Shown here: piece after piece, positions 19,492 through 30,898 of the stretch | How positions within the stretch are numbered: position 1 is the first letter of the stretch | Layout: each line of letters starts with the position of its first letter | Assembly: GCA_000091205.1 (NCBI GenBank) | Contig: AP006491.2 | DNA: 64,000 nucleotides | From: Cyanidioschyzon merolae | Taxonomy: Eukaryota | Reading direction: 5' to 3' (one strand) | Translations under genes and position numbers: made by a program | The notes under the pieces: generated by a model | Told to the model about the DNA's origin: nothing | Databases searched by the model: none | Seen by the model: only the letters and a program-made list of their open reading frames with translations

Positions 19492-22400
19492 TCAAATGAT
19501 GTTCTGCACGTGTTGAATTCGAGGAACGACATAGAACCAACGACCGAATGCCGTCATATTCATCCCATTGTTCGTGCTAGATAGACCGCCGCTGCCACTG
19601 GTGCCTGAACCAGAAGTTCCGCTGCTGCTACCACTACCGTTGTCACTGGTGCCTGAACCAGAAGTTCCGCTGCTGCTACCACTGCCGGTGTAACTGGTGC
19701 CTGAACCAGGAGTTCCGCTGTTGCTACCACTGCTTGTGTCACTGGTGCCTGAGCCCAAATTCCCGGCTCTGCTGCTACTGCTGCTGACAGGGATAGCGGA
19801 TGTCTGCTCGATGATCCTATCCGGGCCTGAAGATGAAGTAGTTGGAGCATCGATACCTGTTCCAGGGCGGGGTGTTGACCCTAGACTGCTAAAAGTTGGC
19901 GGACTTATCGTGGTACGCATCGCTGGTGCGACTGCCCCCAGTGTGGATGAATGCGAGTTACGTTCTCCGCCGGGTTCCACATTGTCTAAAAAGGAGCCGC
20001 CAGAAGTGCTCGTTGTAATAACCGGAGTAAAGGGCGGTGGTAGTGTTGCCGTGGTCGCCACAGGTAGAGTGCTTACAGAGAGCGATGAGGCCTGTGATGA
20101 TGAGGGGGTCATCGACATCGCATTCATCTTAGCGATGTACGGAGATGGTGTGGGATGAACAACAGCTGGAGTAACCGTTGCAGTTGCTCTTGGAGCGCTT
20201 TCGGCACTATGGGTGCTGTTCCGCTCAGGTTCAGCAAAAAAGGCCTCAGAGACGCCAGACGATGCCGTGCCATTCGAGGTTGACGTACCCGCCTGGACGC
20301 ATACGCAAAGGTCGCCAAGGCAGACCTTGGCCAGGTTACCAGAACAGCTGCCGGTGGTCGTTACGCACCCGCAGATACCTCCCAATAGACATGTGTAGAC
20401 GACTCCTCCGGGGCACGTGGGAACCGAAGTAGACGAGGCCGTACTCGTCGATGTAGACGTCGACGTAGGCTGCGAAAATGACGGTGACGGTGTCGGTGTC
20501 CCCGCTTCAACACAAACGCACGTATCACCGACACACAACTTGACGAGGTTCCCAGGGCAGCTTCCGCTCGTTGTCACGCACCCACAGATATCACCCAACA
20601 GGCAGGTGTAGACGAGTCCGTCAGGGCAGGAAGCCGTCGTTGTTGGTGAACTCGTGCTCGTCGTTGTTGGTGAACTCGTGCTCGTCGTTGTTGGTGAACT
20701 CGTGCTCGTCGTTGTTGGTGACGTTGGCGACGGTGTCGGTGTTCCCGCCTCGACGCATACGCAGAGGTCGCCAAGGCAGACCTTGGCCAGGTTACCAGAA
20801 CAGCTGCCGGTGGTCGTTACGCACCCGCAGATACCTCCCAATAGACATGTGTAGACGACTCCTCCGGGGCACGTGGGAACCGAAGTAGACGAGGCCGTAC
20901 TCGTCGATGTAGACGTCGACGTAGGCTGCGAAAATGACGGTGACGGTGTCGGTGTCCCCGCTTCAACACAAACGCACGTATCACCGACACACAACTTGAC
21001 GAGGTTCCCAGGGCAGCTTCCGCTCGTTGTCACGCACCCACAGATATCACCCAACAGGCAGGTGTAGACGAGTCCGTCAGGGCAGGAAGCCGTCGTTGTT
21101 GGTGAACTCGTGCTCGTCGTTGTTGGTGAACTCGTGCTCGTCGTTGTTGGTGACGTTGGCGACGGTGTCGGTGTTCCCGCCTCGACGCATACGCAGAGGT
21201 CGCCAAGGCAGACCTTGGCCAGGTTACCAGAACAGCTGCCGGTGGTCGTTACGCACCCGCAGATATCTCCCAATAGACATGTGTAGACGACTCCTCCGGG
21301 GCACGTGGGAACCGAAGTAGACGAGGCCGTACTCGTCGATGTAGACGTCGACGTAGGCTGCGAAAATGACGGTGACGGTGTCGGTGTCCCCGCTTCAACA
21401 CAAACGCACGTATCACCGACACACAACTTGACGAGGTTCCCAGGGCAGCTTCCGCTCGTTGTCACGCACCCACAGATATCACCCAACAGGCAGGTGTAGA
21501 CGAGTCCGTCAGGGCAGGAAGCCGTCGTTGTTGGTGAACTCGTGCTCGTCGTTGTTGGTGAACTCGTGCTCGTCGTTGTTGGTGAACTCGTGCTCGTCGT
21601 TGTTGGTGAACTCGTGCTCGTCGTTGTTGGTGACGTTGGCGACGGTGTCGGTGTTCCCGCCTCGACGCATACGCAGAGGTCGCCAAGGCAGACCTTGGCC
21701 AGGTTACCAGAACAGCTGCCGGTGGTCGTTACGCACCCGCAGATATCTCCCAATAGACATGTGTAGACGACTCCTCCGGGGCACGTGGGAACCGAAGTAG
21801 ACGAGGCCGTACTCGTCGATGTAGACGTCGACGTAGGCTGCGAAAATGACGGTGACGGTGTCGGTGTCCCCGCTTCAACACAAACGCACGTATCACCGAC
21901 ACACAACTTGACGAGGTTCCCAGGGCAGCTTCCGCTCGTTGTCACGCACCCACAGATATCACCCAACAGGCAGGTGTAGACGAGTCCGTCAGGGCAGGAA
22001 GCCGTCGTTGTTGGTGAACTCGTGCTCGTCGTTGTTGGTGAACTCGTGCTCGTCGTTGTTGGTGAACTCGTGCTCGTCGTTGTTGGTGACGTTGGCGACG
22101 GTGTCGGTGTTCCCGCCTCGACGCATACGCAGAGGTCGCCAAGGCAGACCTTGGCCAGGTTACCAGAACAGCTGCCGGTGGTCGTTACGCACCCGCAGAT
22201 ATCTCCCAATAGACATGTGTAGACGACTCCTCCGGGGCACGTGGGAACCGAAGTAGACGAGGCCGTACTCGTCGATGTAGACGTCGACGTAGGCTGCGAA
22301 AATGACGGTGACGGTGTCGGTGTCCCCGCTTCAACACAAACGCACGTATCACCGACACACAACTTGACGAGGTTCCCAGGGCAGCTTCCGCTCGTTGTCA

Positions 22401-23553
22401 CGCACCCACAGATATCACCCAACAGGCAGGTGTAGACGAGTCCGTCAGGGCAGGAAGCCGTCGTTGTTGGTGAACTCGTGCTCGTCGTTGTTGGTGAACT
22501 CGTGCTCGTCGTTGTTGGTGAACTCGTGCTCGTCGTTGTTGGTGAACTCGTGCTCGTCGGCTTTTGGGTGGGCCTTGTGGTGCTTGTAGCGATCGAAGTT
22601 GGTTTCGATGTGGTGGATATGTTTGATACTGTAGTTGCGCTCAATACAGGACTTCTTACAGGTATCAACGTCGAGACTACGGTGATTAATGCTGTTGCAG
22701 ATGTTGAGACAACAGCGGTCCTTGAAGGCGGTACAGTAATTGTTTGCACCACCGTTGGTTCATGACTTGTTACAACCGGTGTTGGCGGTAGCGTCCGATG
22801 TACTGTTTGTGGCGGAGTTTGGGCCATATGGCTCTTCGTCGCCTCTGGAAATGGAGTCTGTTGAATTGGACGGGGCGTCTGAATAGGGAAAACCTCTACA
22901 CTACACGTTTCCGAGAGCAGCTTGCACTCATATGTGCAAAACTCGCCTAGAACTATGGAAGTCGACGTAGTGGATTCTTCACCATACGAAGACGTCCACT
23001 TTCTGCTTGTTTTCCAATCTAACTCATTCTGTCGTTGAACATTCCCTTTTTCATATACCGCTGTAGAAGACTTTGGACATATTTGCAGAGCCTCAAACTT
23101 TTGCACGCAAACCTTGCATGTGTTTTGGTATTTGTACTCCACACAAACTTCTACTGATTTGAAAACACATTCCTTCCTACATTTTTGAATATTTTTCTGC
23201 GGTGCTGCGTCTTCGAAAGTTGTGTCTGAGGTCCAACGACGTCTCCAAGTCACTTTTCCGTTCCAGGGACCACCATACTCGGGACTCTTTGTCTCAGGCG
23301 CTGCTGTTGTACAGACGATATTTTCTTTCGCACAGACCAATATATTTTCATACGCTGCGCACGTCTTTACTAAGCTACACGGCCCGACCACGGTCTCCGG
23401 CTCGCAGAACTGCCATCTTAGCCCGGAGCTCGTAAGCGATCTACTCTCTCCATCAGTTTTGATCGGTGAGCTCGCCTCTGTGGAGACGGTCAACAGTATC
23501 GCTTGTGCGATCGTAATACAGAGAATCACAGATAAAGTCCGCGTGAACTTCAT
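19492..23553 (-). CDS. Secreted mucin-like Ser/Thr/Pro-rich cell-surface glycoprotein with tandem Cys-rich repeats
   Basis: A 1353-aa ORF with a true ATG. The N-terminal signal peptide is MKFTRTLSVILCITIAQAILLTVSTEA. A Cys-rich N-terminal module follows. About five tandem units of roughly 150 aa each carry two 8-Cys modules (CPDGLVYTCLLGDICGCVTTSGSCPGNLVKLCVGDTCVCVEAG), separated by SPTTTSTS runs. The C-terminus is a Ser/Gly-rich 20-aa periodic tail. Confidence 0.8.
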   Translation of the reverse strand: MKFTRTLSVILCITIAQAILLTVSTEASSPIKTDGESRSLTSSGLRWQFCEPETVVGPCSLVKTCAAYENILVCAKENIVCTTAAPETKSPEYGGPWNGKVTWRRRWTSDTTFEDAAPQKNIQKCRKECVFKSVEVCVEYKYQNTCKVCVQKFEALQICPKSSTAVYEKGNVQRQNELDWKTSRKWTSSYGEESTTSTSIVLGEFCTYECKLLSETCSVEVFPIQTPRPIQQTPFPEATKSHMAQTPPQTVHRTLPPTPVVTSHEPTVVQTITVPPSRTAVVSTSATALITVVSTLIPVRSPVLSATTVSNISTTSKPTSIATSTTRPTQKPTSTSSPTTTSTSSPTTTSTSSPTTTSTSSPTTTASCPDGLVYTCLLGDICGCVTTSGSCPGNLVKLCVGDTCVCVEAGTPTPSPSFSQPTSTSTSTSTASSTSVPTCPGGVVYTCLLGDICGCVTTTGSCSGNLAKVCLGDLCVCVEAGTPTPSPTSPTTTSTSSPTTTSTSSPTTTSTSSPTTTASCPDGLVYTCLLGDICGCVTTSGSCPGNLVKLCVGDTCVCVEAGTPTPSPSFSQPTSTSTSTSTASSTSVPTCPGGVVYTCLLGDICGCVTTTGSCSGNLAKVCLGDLCVCVEAGTPTPSPTSPTTTSTSSPTTTSTSSPTTTSTSSPTTTSTSSPTTTASCPDGLVYTCLLGDICGCVTTSGSCPGNLVKLCVGDTCVCVEAGTPTPSPSFSQPTSTSTSTSTASSTSVPTCPGGVVYTCLLGDICGCVTTTGSCSGNLAKVCLGDLCVCVEAGTPTPSPTSPTTTSTSSPTTTSTSSPTTTASCPDGLVYTCLLGDICGCVTTSGSCPGNLVKLCVGDTCVCVEAGTPTPSPSFSQPTSTSTSTSTASSTSVPTCPGGVVYTCLLGGICGCVTTTGSCSGNLAKVCLGDLCVCVEAGTPTPSPTSPTTTSTSSPTTTSTSSPTTTSTSSPTTTASCPDGLVYTCLLGDICGCVTTSGSCPGNLVKLCVGDTCVCVEAGTPTPSPSFSQPTSTSTSTSTASSTSVPTCPGGVVYTCLLGGICGCVTTTGSCSGNLAKVCLGDLCVCVQAGTSTSNGTASSGVSEAFFAEPERNSTHSAESAPRATATVTPAVVHPTPSPYIAKMNAMSMTPSSSQASSLSVSTLPVATTATLPPPFTPVITTSTSGGSFLDNVEPGGERNSHSSTLGAVAPAMRTTISPPTFSSLGSTPRPGTGIDAPTTSSSGPDRIIEQTSAIPVSSSSSRAGNLGSGTSDTSSGSNSGTPGSGTSYTGSGSSSGTSGSGTSDNGSGSSSGTSGSGTSGSGGLSSTNNGMNMTAFGRWFYVVPRIQHVQNII
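19560..19800. repeat. 60-bp periodic repeat encoding the Ser/Gly-rich C-terminal tail of the mucin-like protein
   Basis: The 60-bp unit ggtgcctgaaccagaagttccgctgctgctaccactaccgttgtcactggtgcctgaaccagaagttcc is repeated. Confidence 0.7.
20180..22560. repeat. Coding tandem array, period 432-480 bp, about 5 units, with a nested 24-bp minisatellite (ggtgaactcgtgctcgtcgttgtt, 2-4 copies per unit)
   Basis: Identical antisense ORFs recur at 20417, 20873, 21305, 21785 and 22241. Unit length varies with the 24-bp copy number. Confidence 0.9.
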
Positions 23554-26500
23554 CGTGTGTGGTGTATCCTTTGTGTGTCTACGAGTTTCCTCTTCTACAG
23601 CACCAACAATGTTCTATAGAAGATGTAGTGTCCAGCTTCGAGTCGAGGACGGGCTCGCACGGAAGTGGGATATATGGCTCGATCCACCACTAATTTACGG
23701 GGATAAAGGACGTAGACCATTGCTAGCTGTTTTCGTGGACAGGAATGCGTGCCCGTCCCCGGAGAGAGACAGCGCAAACCTCGATACGGAGCTCCCGTAG
23801 AGCCGACGCAGCATACCCGTTTGCCGCTGTAGACGCTTTCCACCATACATTTATCATGCTGTGGTGAATATTTGTCTCGTTTGGCGGCATCACGGTCGCA
23901 AGACGCATCCCCCGGGAAACACGTATCGACGCGTCCATCGCAGAGAAATTAGGGGACGCCCTCCCGCCACGTGCGCTCGCGCGAGATCGCATCGCTCGCG
24001 CCCTACCCTCGAAATACCATTCCCTACCGAGCTTTCCGGGGCACGAGCGCCACGTGAGTCGCAAGCATGATACCTTATCTGATGTGCGATTCTGGACCAT
24101 CAATCCACAGATTTGCGGCACACATATCGTGCTGGGCCATGCACGACTGCCGCACGATCTCGCGGCAGCCTCGAATGATCTCCACGTTTTCATGCCCTGC
24201 TTGCGCAAATTATTTCGTGATAAAGTTTTCTCGTATCGTTTTGGGCTGCGGCACGCTTTCTTGACGGTGAAAGTGGGAGCTGAAGTCTTGGTTAGCTTGC
24301 TGAAGTTATCAACCCTCCGTCAACGCGCTTCGGCACCCCAGTGCTTCTAGAGCGATATTCGCCGCGACAAGGCGTGCGTACGGGAATCGTCGTGACGACT
24401 ACGGTACTCGGGGCAGAAAACCGCCGAAGTCTGTGCTGCTGGTGGAGAGCACAAAAGTGGCATTTCCGCGTACCTGGCTAGGAGTATAGAGCGTAAAAGT
24501 ACCGCTGAGCCCGAGTTACCCTCTTCGTCGGGCGATCTAGGTACGCTCGCCACCCGCTTCTGTGTCCTCCGAGTTCGATTGGAATATTTTCGAGAATTCA
24601 CCTGAGCAGTTGCCCCTTAGAGGTGTCGACCAACGTGTGAGTGTGAACGCGTGCGCACTTGCACGGAAGACGATCATGTTTTCTCCGACTAAAACATGTC
24701 GCCAGTGAATAGATTTTTGAGTGTCGACTATCTGATTTCTTTCGAAGAGAAGAGCATGCCTGAATAACTCATCACTTGGCAATACAACGACTTTGGACGT
24801 TTCCTGAAGTGCCCTGGCACAAGCGCCCGAGAAAGGTCCGCTGATCTTAGAACGGTACTGCACAAAGGTGTCAGATACGGGGGCGCTGCTCGGTATCACG
24901 TATGCTTTTGCGTGGATCCCAGAAAGACGAAACCTGGGTTATGATGCATCGCGGAGTTGGTCATTATTTGTGCCGAGCTACATGTGTAGACCCTCGTAAG
25001 TAATCGGGAACGCCCGCCATCATCGGCGGGGCACGTTTCATAGCAAGTGCGTAGGGTATTTGACATATGCAGCTCAGAACGCTGAAAGTGAGTACGAGAT
25101 TTGCTCGCTTTCTCGATGACCATGCACTTGTCTGACGAACATGTGCTGGTCGAATCTGCTGCACTTTCCTCTGAGTGACATGCCAAGGTTGCGGGCTTTT
25201 GCGATCCAGCAGATGTACTTGACACCCGTCGTATGTACCTGACTTGATACAGGACACATGATGCCCACAAGAGGCCCGATTTACGGTTCAGCTTAATCTT
25301 AAGACAGACGGAACATGTTGACATCTATACACCAGACACTGTTCTATGTCGGATCATACTGGGGTGTGTTTTTCAGAACGTACCGCGCGCTTCATACGAC
25401 TTTGCAGCCCGTTTAGGCTTTTGCTCGGCATGCCGTTCTGGGTGGATTGCAGAATTCTGATGGCCCGTTGTTCTCGTCACCCCTCTACAGTGAATGTCTT
25501 GGGCGCATCTCGCAGCGTGTTTGGGAAAACTGCCCCCGTACAGTCCTTAACCAATGGAACTTTTCAAGAAAGCGATGCAAGTGCCCGAGCTGCGAGACGC
25601 GCATCCTTAAAATTTCTGCACACTATCTAGTTTCTGCATCGTTCGCGTATCTCCGTTGCGAATCGCAGCATCTTGCGCACACAACGCTATGGGAACGATA
25701 TGATTTTGCTGCGCAACGGACACTAACCCAGTTCCTTGCGGGATGAAAGAAAGCGTGAGAGAAGCCTCAGACACGAGCATGGAATCATTTCCTGCAGTGT
25801 CGAGACCTTACGAAATTGTTTCCAGCAAACTTGCGCTGCGTATACGGATGCTGCGATCGCGCGTCCATACTGCAGCAAGGTCGCTCGCGTGTGTACATGG
25901 ATCGACGCTACTCGCTGACGCAGCTGATGGGATTAAATGAGCGCGGAAACGTTGCCAGCCAATCATAAACTTCGAATGCAATTCGGTAACTCGTATCACA
26001 TGAACACGATAAATTTTCTATCCATTAGTGCTCACAGTCCCCGAGATCATATCAAACGAATTTGTGTTGCACGACGATGTTCATCTTATCGTCCTCCAGT
26101 TTACAGGCGTCCCGTCTCACGATCATAAGACTCAGAGCAGCTCGGACGCGGACGCACAACCTTGAACCTTTGAGGCGACAGTTTCTAACATTGAGTCGAA
26201 AGACGGAGGACTCCGGAAAACCACCAAAAGTATACGTTGAGTGCCGTATTCTGATGAACAAACTACCCCGTCCAAATCTGCACGAATGCAGGTCTATGTT
26301 AGTCACCATCGGCACTCGAGAGAACGGACAACAGTGAAGCTACCGATAGTACCTTCTATGAAGGTAGTTCCGCACACTGCTTATCGCCACTTGACGTTTT
26401 CGACATTGATGATAACTTAGTCGTGAGTCTCTGAAGCCTGTGCGACACCGAACAGCCTATCCTAACGCCAGAGGCTCATCGTCCCGTCAGCGACCAATCC

Positions 26501-27689
26501 AGCTTCAAGAATGAGTCCTCGTACCCCGGAATCTCGAGCGTAACCAGTTCCATTGTCTTCAGAGTCGAAGTCCAGCCCCCAAATGAGGTAAAGTAGGTGT
26601 CGGAGTCCCCTAAAACACGCCCTGATTGTCTCCTTCTTCGAGACCTCCTGAGACCTCTAACGCAGGCAAAGGTAGTGCGGGTGCGCCCCAGGCACACAGC
26701 AGCACTGCTCTCTACACAACTTGGAATAAGCTGTTTTACGTGGCACCGCACAACAGCACGTCACTCGTGTTCAACAAAATCAGAGCGGCGTCGCGCAGAG
26801 AAAAAGGAAAGAGAATGTACTGATGATGTAGTGTGTGTGGTACTTGTGCGCAAATGTCTCGATTATCCTGCCTGCACAGACGTGTCCCATGAGACGCAGG
26901 TACGGTGCGACCCGCCGCAGCGAGAAGCCACACCACGGCGCCGACGGTGGCCGCAGCAGAAAGTGTCGTTGCGCTGCACTCCGACAGCGCTGCTGAGCCC
27001 CGTGTGAGGACTCGCGAGGCCGCGGCGGGTGCCCCTGGACCACCCTCTCGAGCCAACGAGTGTCCCATAACGCCAGCAACGGCAACTCCAACGTTGCCAA
27101 AACCGTTGTTGCTGCGGGACGCACCCGTGCCTACAAGGAACAACGTTTGCAGTCGCGCGCGATTGGCGCGCCTTGGTAGGAACGTTCAAAGGAGTCGGAT
27201 GCCGGCAAGTGATTCCCATTTCGATGACAAAACGTTTCCATGAACCATGGATCCCAGTTTGCGGAATGGGTATTCGTAATCGAAAAAAAAGGTTCATCAT
27301 GCGGCAACTACCTGCATGTTCCATGAACCATATATCCTCTCGGATACACTGGTCGTTTCGTGCGCTCTATCGTGTGCCAGTTGTCTGCCTGGCTGCACTC
27401 GCAAAAGCAGTCATACCGCTGGAGCAGATGCAGCACGGAGACAGAACGGCTATGACATACCACTCAGGGCATCGACTCGATGCTTGGTTCATCCGAGACC
27501 GATGCGGAGTACATAATCATTCTGGGAGCCCGCGACAGCGCGATGCGACATACTCAGAGTGCCCTGTGACCAGGGCGTCGCTCCACACGCAGCATCATGC
27601 TCCTAGTCCGAGTTGCGTTGCGGACGAGCTGCGTAGGTCTCGTCAAAACACCAGCCACTGGAGGAAGCCCGAAGCACTAGCCAGGCAGA

Positions 27690-28200
27690 CTCACACGGCT
27701 CGTGGGACCTTCCGCCTAAGCGGTAAACGTACAAAGATACGGGAACTATTCCCCCCTTCAACGCTTACTATCAAGGTCGAGCGAAACGATTGTCGAGTTG
27801 CGAGTCAGTGGTTAGTTTCCGTTCTTTCGGCAACGTGTCGTGATTCGTTATCATTCTCGGAGCCTGCAAGCTGTACAGACAGACCAATTGCCTTCAGCAG
27901 CGCGAAGCGATATACAAGGAGTCATCTTCGACCAGTGCGACGCACACTTGCAGCATACCCGCTCCTGGTCCCAGAAAAATCTGTTTTTCGGACGAGTAGC
28001 TCAGATCTCAACGCAGCATCTGCCAATGCAAAGTCCCACGGAGCGCAAGCCCCGCAGGCTCGTCCGGCTCGCGGGACCTTCTGCCTGAAAGGTAGGCTTT
28101 CTAACATACGGAAATACTTTTCCCCTTTCAACGTTTGTTGTAGAGAGGGAACGAAATCGTTATATCGTTGCTGGTGAATTGTGAGTCTCTGTTCTTTGTT
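27690..28200. repeat. Two copies of a roughly 140-bp segment about 360 bp apart, upstream of element copy C
   Basis: The segment at 27700-27830 is cggctcgtgggaccttccgcctaagcggtaaacg...gttagtttccgttctttcgg. The segment at 28060-28200 is cggctcgcgggaccttctgcctgaaaggtaggc...gagtctctgttctttgtt. Confidence 0.6.
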
Positions 28201-28619
28201 TTAAATAGCGCTGTCGATTTGCGCACCTGGGAGATCTGGTAAGCACGTGGCACGACTCAAATGCCGCACTTCAAGGAATACGAAATCGTGGCAGCATCTG
28301 TTCTTGTTGCTGTACCGTACAAGTTGTATTTGCGTTGCAGTCACACAAAAGTATAATTTTTCAGTTCATTCATGTTTCATACCTCAAACAAATGTATTCT
28401 AGTGTTTTTGTGCAGTACATAGCAGAAGCGTTTAGTGAGCCTTCTTTCCCAAAGAAACTAAAAGAGGGAAGTTATGAAATTGCGACTCGACGATCCTGGA
28501 GGCCCAAGGTCGCCAGCTGCTAGAAAAAAACAAAAAACAGTGCCGAGTCCAGAAGAAAAGGAAGAGAAAAAGAAGTAAAAAGGGAAGGCCCGACGCCAAT
28601 GCTTGCAAGAAAGACAACT

Positions 28620-30898
28620 GTACGACGAGAAGATGGTGAAAACTTTCCTTCTTAGACATATCATGGATCCCTACAGGGAAAGTTGCGAGAAGCTATCAAA
28701 AAACGTATCGAGTCGTACTCCTTGAGGATTATGAAGGTTTTCTCAGAAGTAATGCATTTGGTGAAGGAGATGTGTCGCGACGTGACGCACATGGAAACGG
28801 TCGAGATTCCGGACAAGTTTTTCGATACGACCTTTATTCGTCACCGGATGCTTGGTACAGAGGAAGCGCGGAAGAAAACGAGCAGGTTCTTGAACTGCAC
28901 GAAAAACATCCTTTTTACAGCTTTGAGGGTACTCGATACAAGGGTGACCGGGATATTTACATGTACGCGGCGATGAAGTACATCACAAACCTGAGGAACA
29001 ATTTGACAATGAACCCGGAACGTTTCATGATCCGCGCAGTGGTTGCACTCTATACGGCGCCTATCTCACAATGGAAAATGGGCAATTATCAAAGGTACCA
29101 CGAAAGGTCGCAAACGTGAAGACGAGATCGAACTCGTCGACAAGAAGACATCACGTAAGAGAAAGAATGAAGCTTCTGTTATCCGTGCGGCCATACACGA
29201 GAACCGTGCAGTCTTGGGGTTGGCAAATCCGACAGACAAGATATCAGAGTTAAAAAAGATAAGGAAAGATACTATCGCCTCGTGCTGCGCTATTTTGTGT
29301 TTCTGGACCGAGAACTCGGACGCAAGGCGGAGATGAAGCTGAGTGAGGAGAAAAATGAAGAGTGGGAGAGACGGAAGGCTGTCCTAATGGGTAAGCGTTT
29401 CGACGTGGTTCCAATGTGCAAGATCAAGTCACATTTGTGACTATCGACTCTAGAATCCTTCACGCCATCATGAAGGAGATCAGTCCGGAGTTCAGCGTCA
29501 ACAGGGAGGAATACTCCAGTGAAAACCAGGAGACGTACTGGAAGAATATCTTCAATTTCAAACGCCTCAAAGTGAGCAAACAAAAGGTATTCACTGGGTT
29601 GAACGAAACCGATGGAGTAGCCTTGTCTATACACTATCGGCGGTTGAAGAAAGAACGGCCAGTCCCGCCCTCGGCTGCGCCCGTGACGAAGGAAGAAAAA
29701 AACAAAAAGAGGATCCTGCGACGCAGGTGGTGGAGGATAACGAGTTTGTGGTTGACGTGGCGAAGGATAGGGATGAGAAGGAGGCGGATTCTGCGACGCA
29801 GGAGGTGCAAGATAATGACCTTGTCGTCGACGCTGCGAGGCATGAAGATGAGAAGAAGGCGGATCCTGTGATGCAGGAGGTGGAGGGGAACGACCTTGTC
29901 GTTCGCGCGACGAAGCATCAAGAAAACGAGAAGGCGGGTTCTGAGAAGAGGAGGTGCAGGATAACGACTTTGTCGTTGGCGTGGACCCTGGGAATACGAA
30001 TATCATAACCATCGCTGCTCCCAAGCGTGCGGAAGATGGTACTGACGGCAACTTACGTCAGAAAGACATGCGTGTTTTGAGGTTCTCGAGAGCGAGATAC
30101 TATCGAGAATCCGGTATAATGAATGCGAGGAAGAAAATCGAGACTTGGAATTCAGGAATGAAAGAGCACCTGGAAGCTATGAGCGAGTTGACGAGCCCCG
30201 GAGCGGATTATGAAGCTTTTCGGAAATTCATGGATGTTCGTGTTGCCCATTGGGATGCAGTGTGGGAGGAGTATAAAAAGCCCCGGTGCGCTCGTTTGCG
30301 AATGAATCTATACGGTGGGAAGCAGCGGGCGCTCGCGAACTTTTTCATTCAGTTGAGTGCCCTCAAAGAGGATCAAAGTCAGAGGCTAGTAGTATCGTAT
30401 GGGGCAGGGCGCTGGGCGTCGAAGAAAGGGACTACGCCAGCTCCTACGACGAGGGTGTACAAATATTGTGCATGGCGTTTCGTTATGATACCTGTAGACG
30501 AGTTCCGAACGTCATATGCACACCATGAACTGGGATGTACACTTCAGAGAGTGGAGATAGAAAAGTGTCAACGGAGCCCTGAGGAAATCGCAAAGTACGG
30601 ACCGCTAACAGAAGAGCCAATGGAAGGGAGGGCGAAAGTTCGAGGACTACTCGCACTGGTGAGCACAAAGAACGATGGCAAGAAACGTATGGAATTCGTG
30701 AACCGAGACTTTCACGCCGCTATCAATATCAGGAGATATGCGGTGCTGGAGAACAAACCTCCAGAGTGGACAAGAAAAACCTTTGTTGGACAACCCCTCA
30801 AAGTCGAACTATATGAGAAAAAGTTTGAAGCAGTCGTGGGTAGCCGGTCGAAAAAGACAGGGAGGCGTCTGCACGTCACCTGGAGACGCAATGTCTAG
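28620..30898 (+). pseudogene. Full-length TnpB/Fanzor-like gene copy C with 1-nt indels in the acidic-repeat region
   Basis: The frame is lost at [14 protein letters not shown], where copy A reads [15 protein letters not shown]. It is lost again at [14 protein letters not shown] before [13 protein letters not shown]. Confidence 0.6.
29954..30898 (+). CDS. TnpB/Fanzor-like RuvC nuclease core ORF (314 aa, uninterrupted in this copy); the upstream part of the same protein is frameshifted in the acidic repeat
   Basis: RuvC-I is [49 protein letters not shown] and [28 protein letters not shown] align to the TnpB wedge, YKae and V.P.YTSq.C blocks. RuvC-III is [17 protein letters not shown]. The C-terminal tail is basic. 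Confidence 0.7.
   Translation: MQDNDFVVGVDPGNTNIITIAAPKRAEDGTDGNLRQKDMRVLRFSRARYYRESGIMNARKKIETWNSGMKEHLEAMSELTSPGADYEAFRKFMDVRVAHWDAVWEEYKKPRCARLRMNLYGGKQRALANFFIQLSALKEDQSQRLVVSYGAGRWASKKGTTPAPTTRVYKYCAWRFVMIPVDEFRTSYAHHELGCTLQRVEIEKCQRSPEEIAKYGPLTEEPMEGRAKVRGLLALVSTKNDGKKRMEFVNRDFHAAINIRRYAVLENKPPEWTRKTFVGQPLKVELYEKKFEAVVGSRSKKTGRRLHVTWRRNV

Noticed and set aside
20400-22600. Many identical 60-110-aa ORFs on the + strand inside the mucin repeat array
   Set aside because: They are mirror-strand artefacts of a perfect coding tandem repeat. The minus-strand frame carries the signal peptide and the coherent Cys-module periodicity.
23222-23800. 192-aa + strand ORF overlapping the 5' end of the mucin-like gene
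   Set aside because: It is antisense to a strongly supported gene, has no recognisable domain, and begins inside the mucin signal-peptide region. It is most likely a chance ORF in GC-rich DNA.
27173-28177. 334-aa + strand ORF
   Set aside because: It is low-complexity (Arg/Ser/Cys-rich), spans the duplicated 140-bp segments, and has no domain signature. It probably starts at a non-ATG codon in the track.
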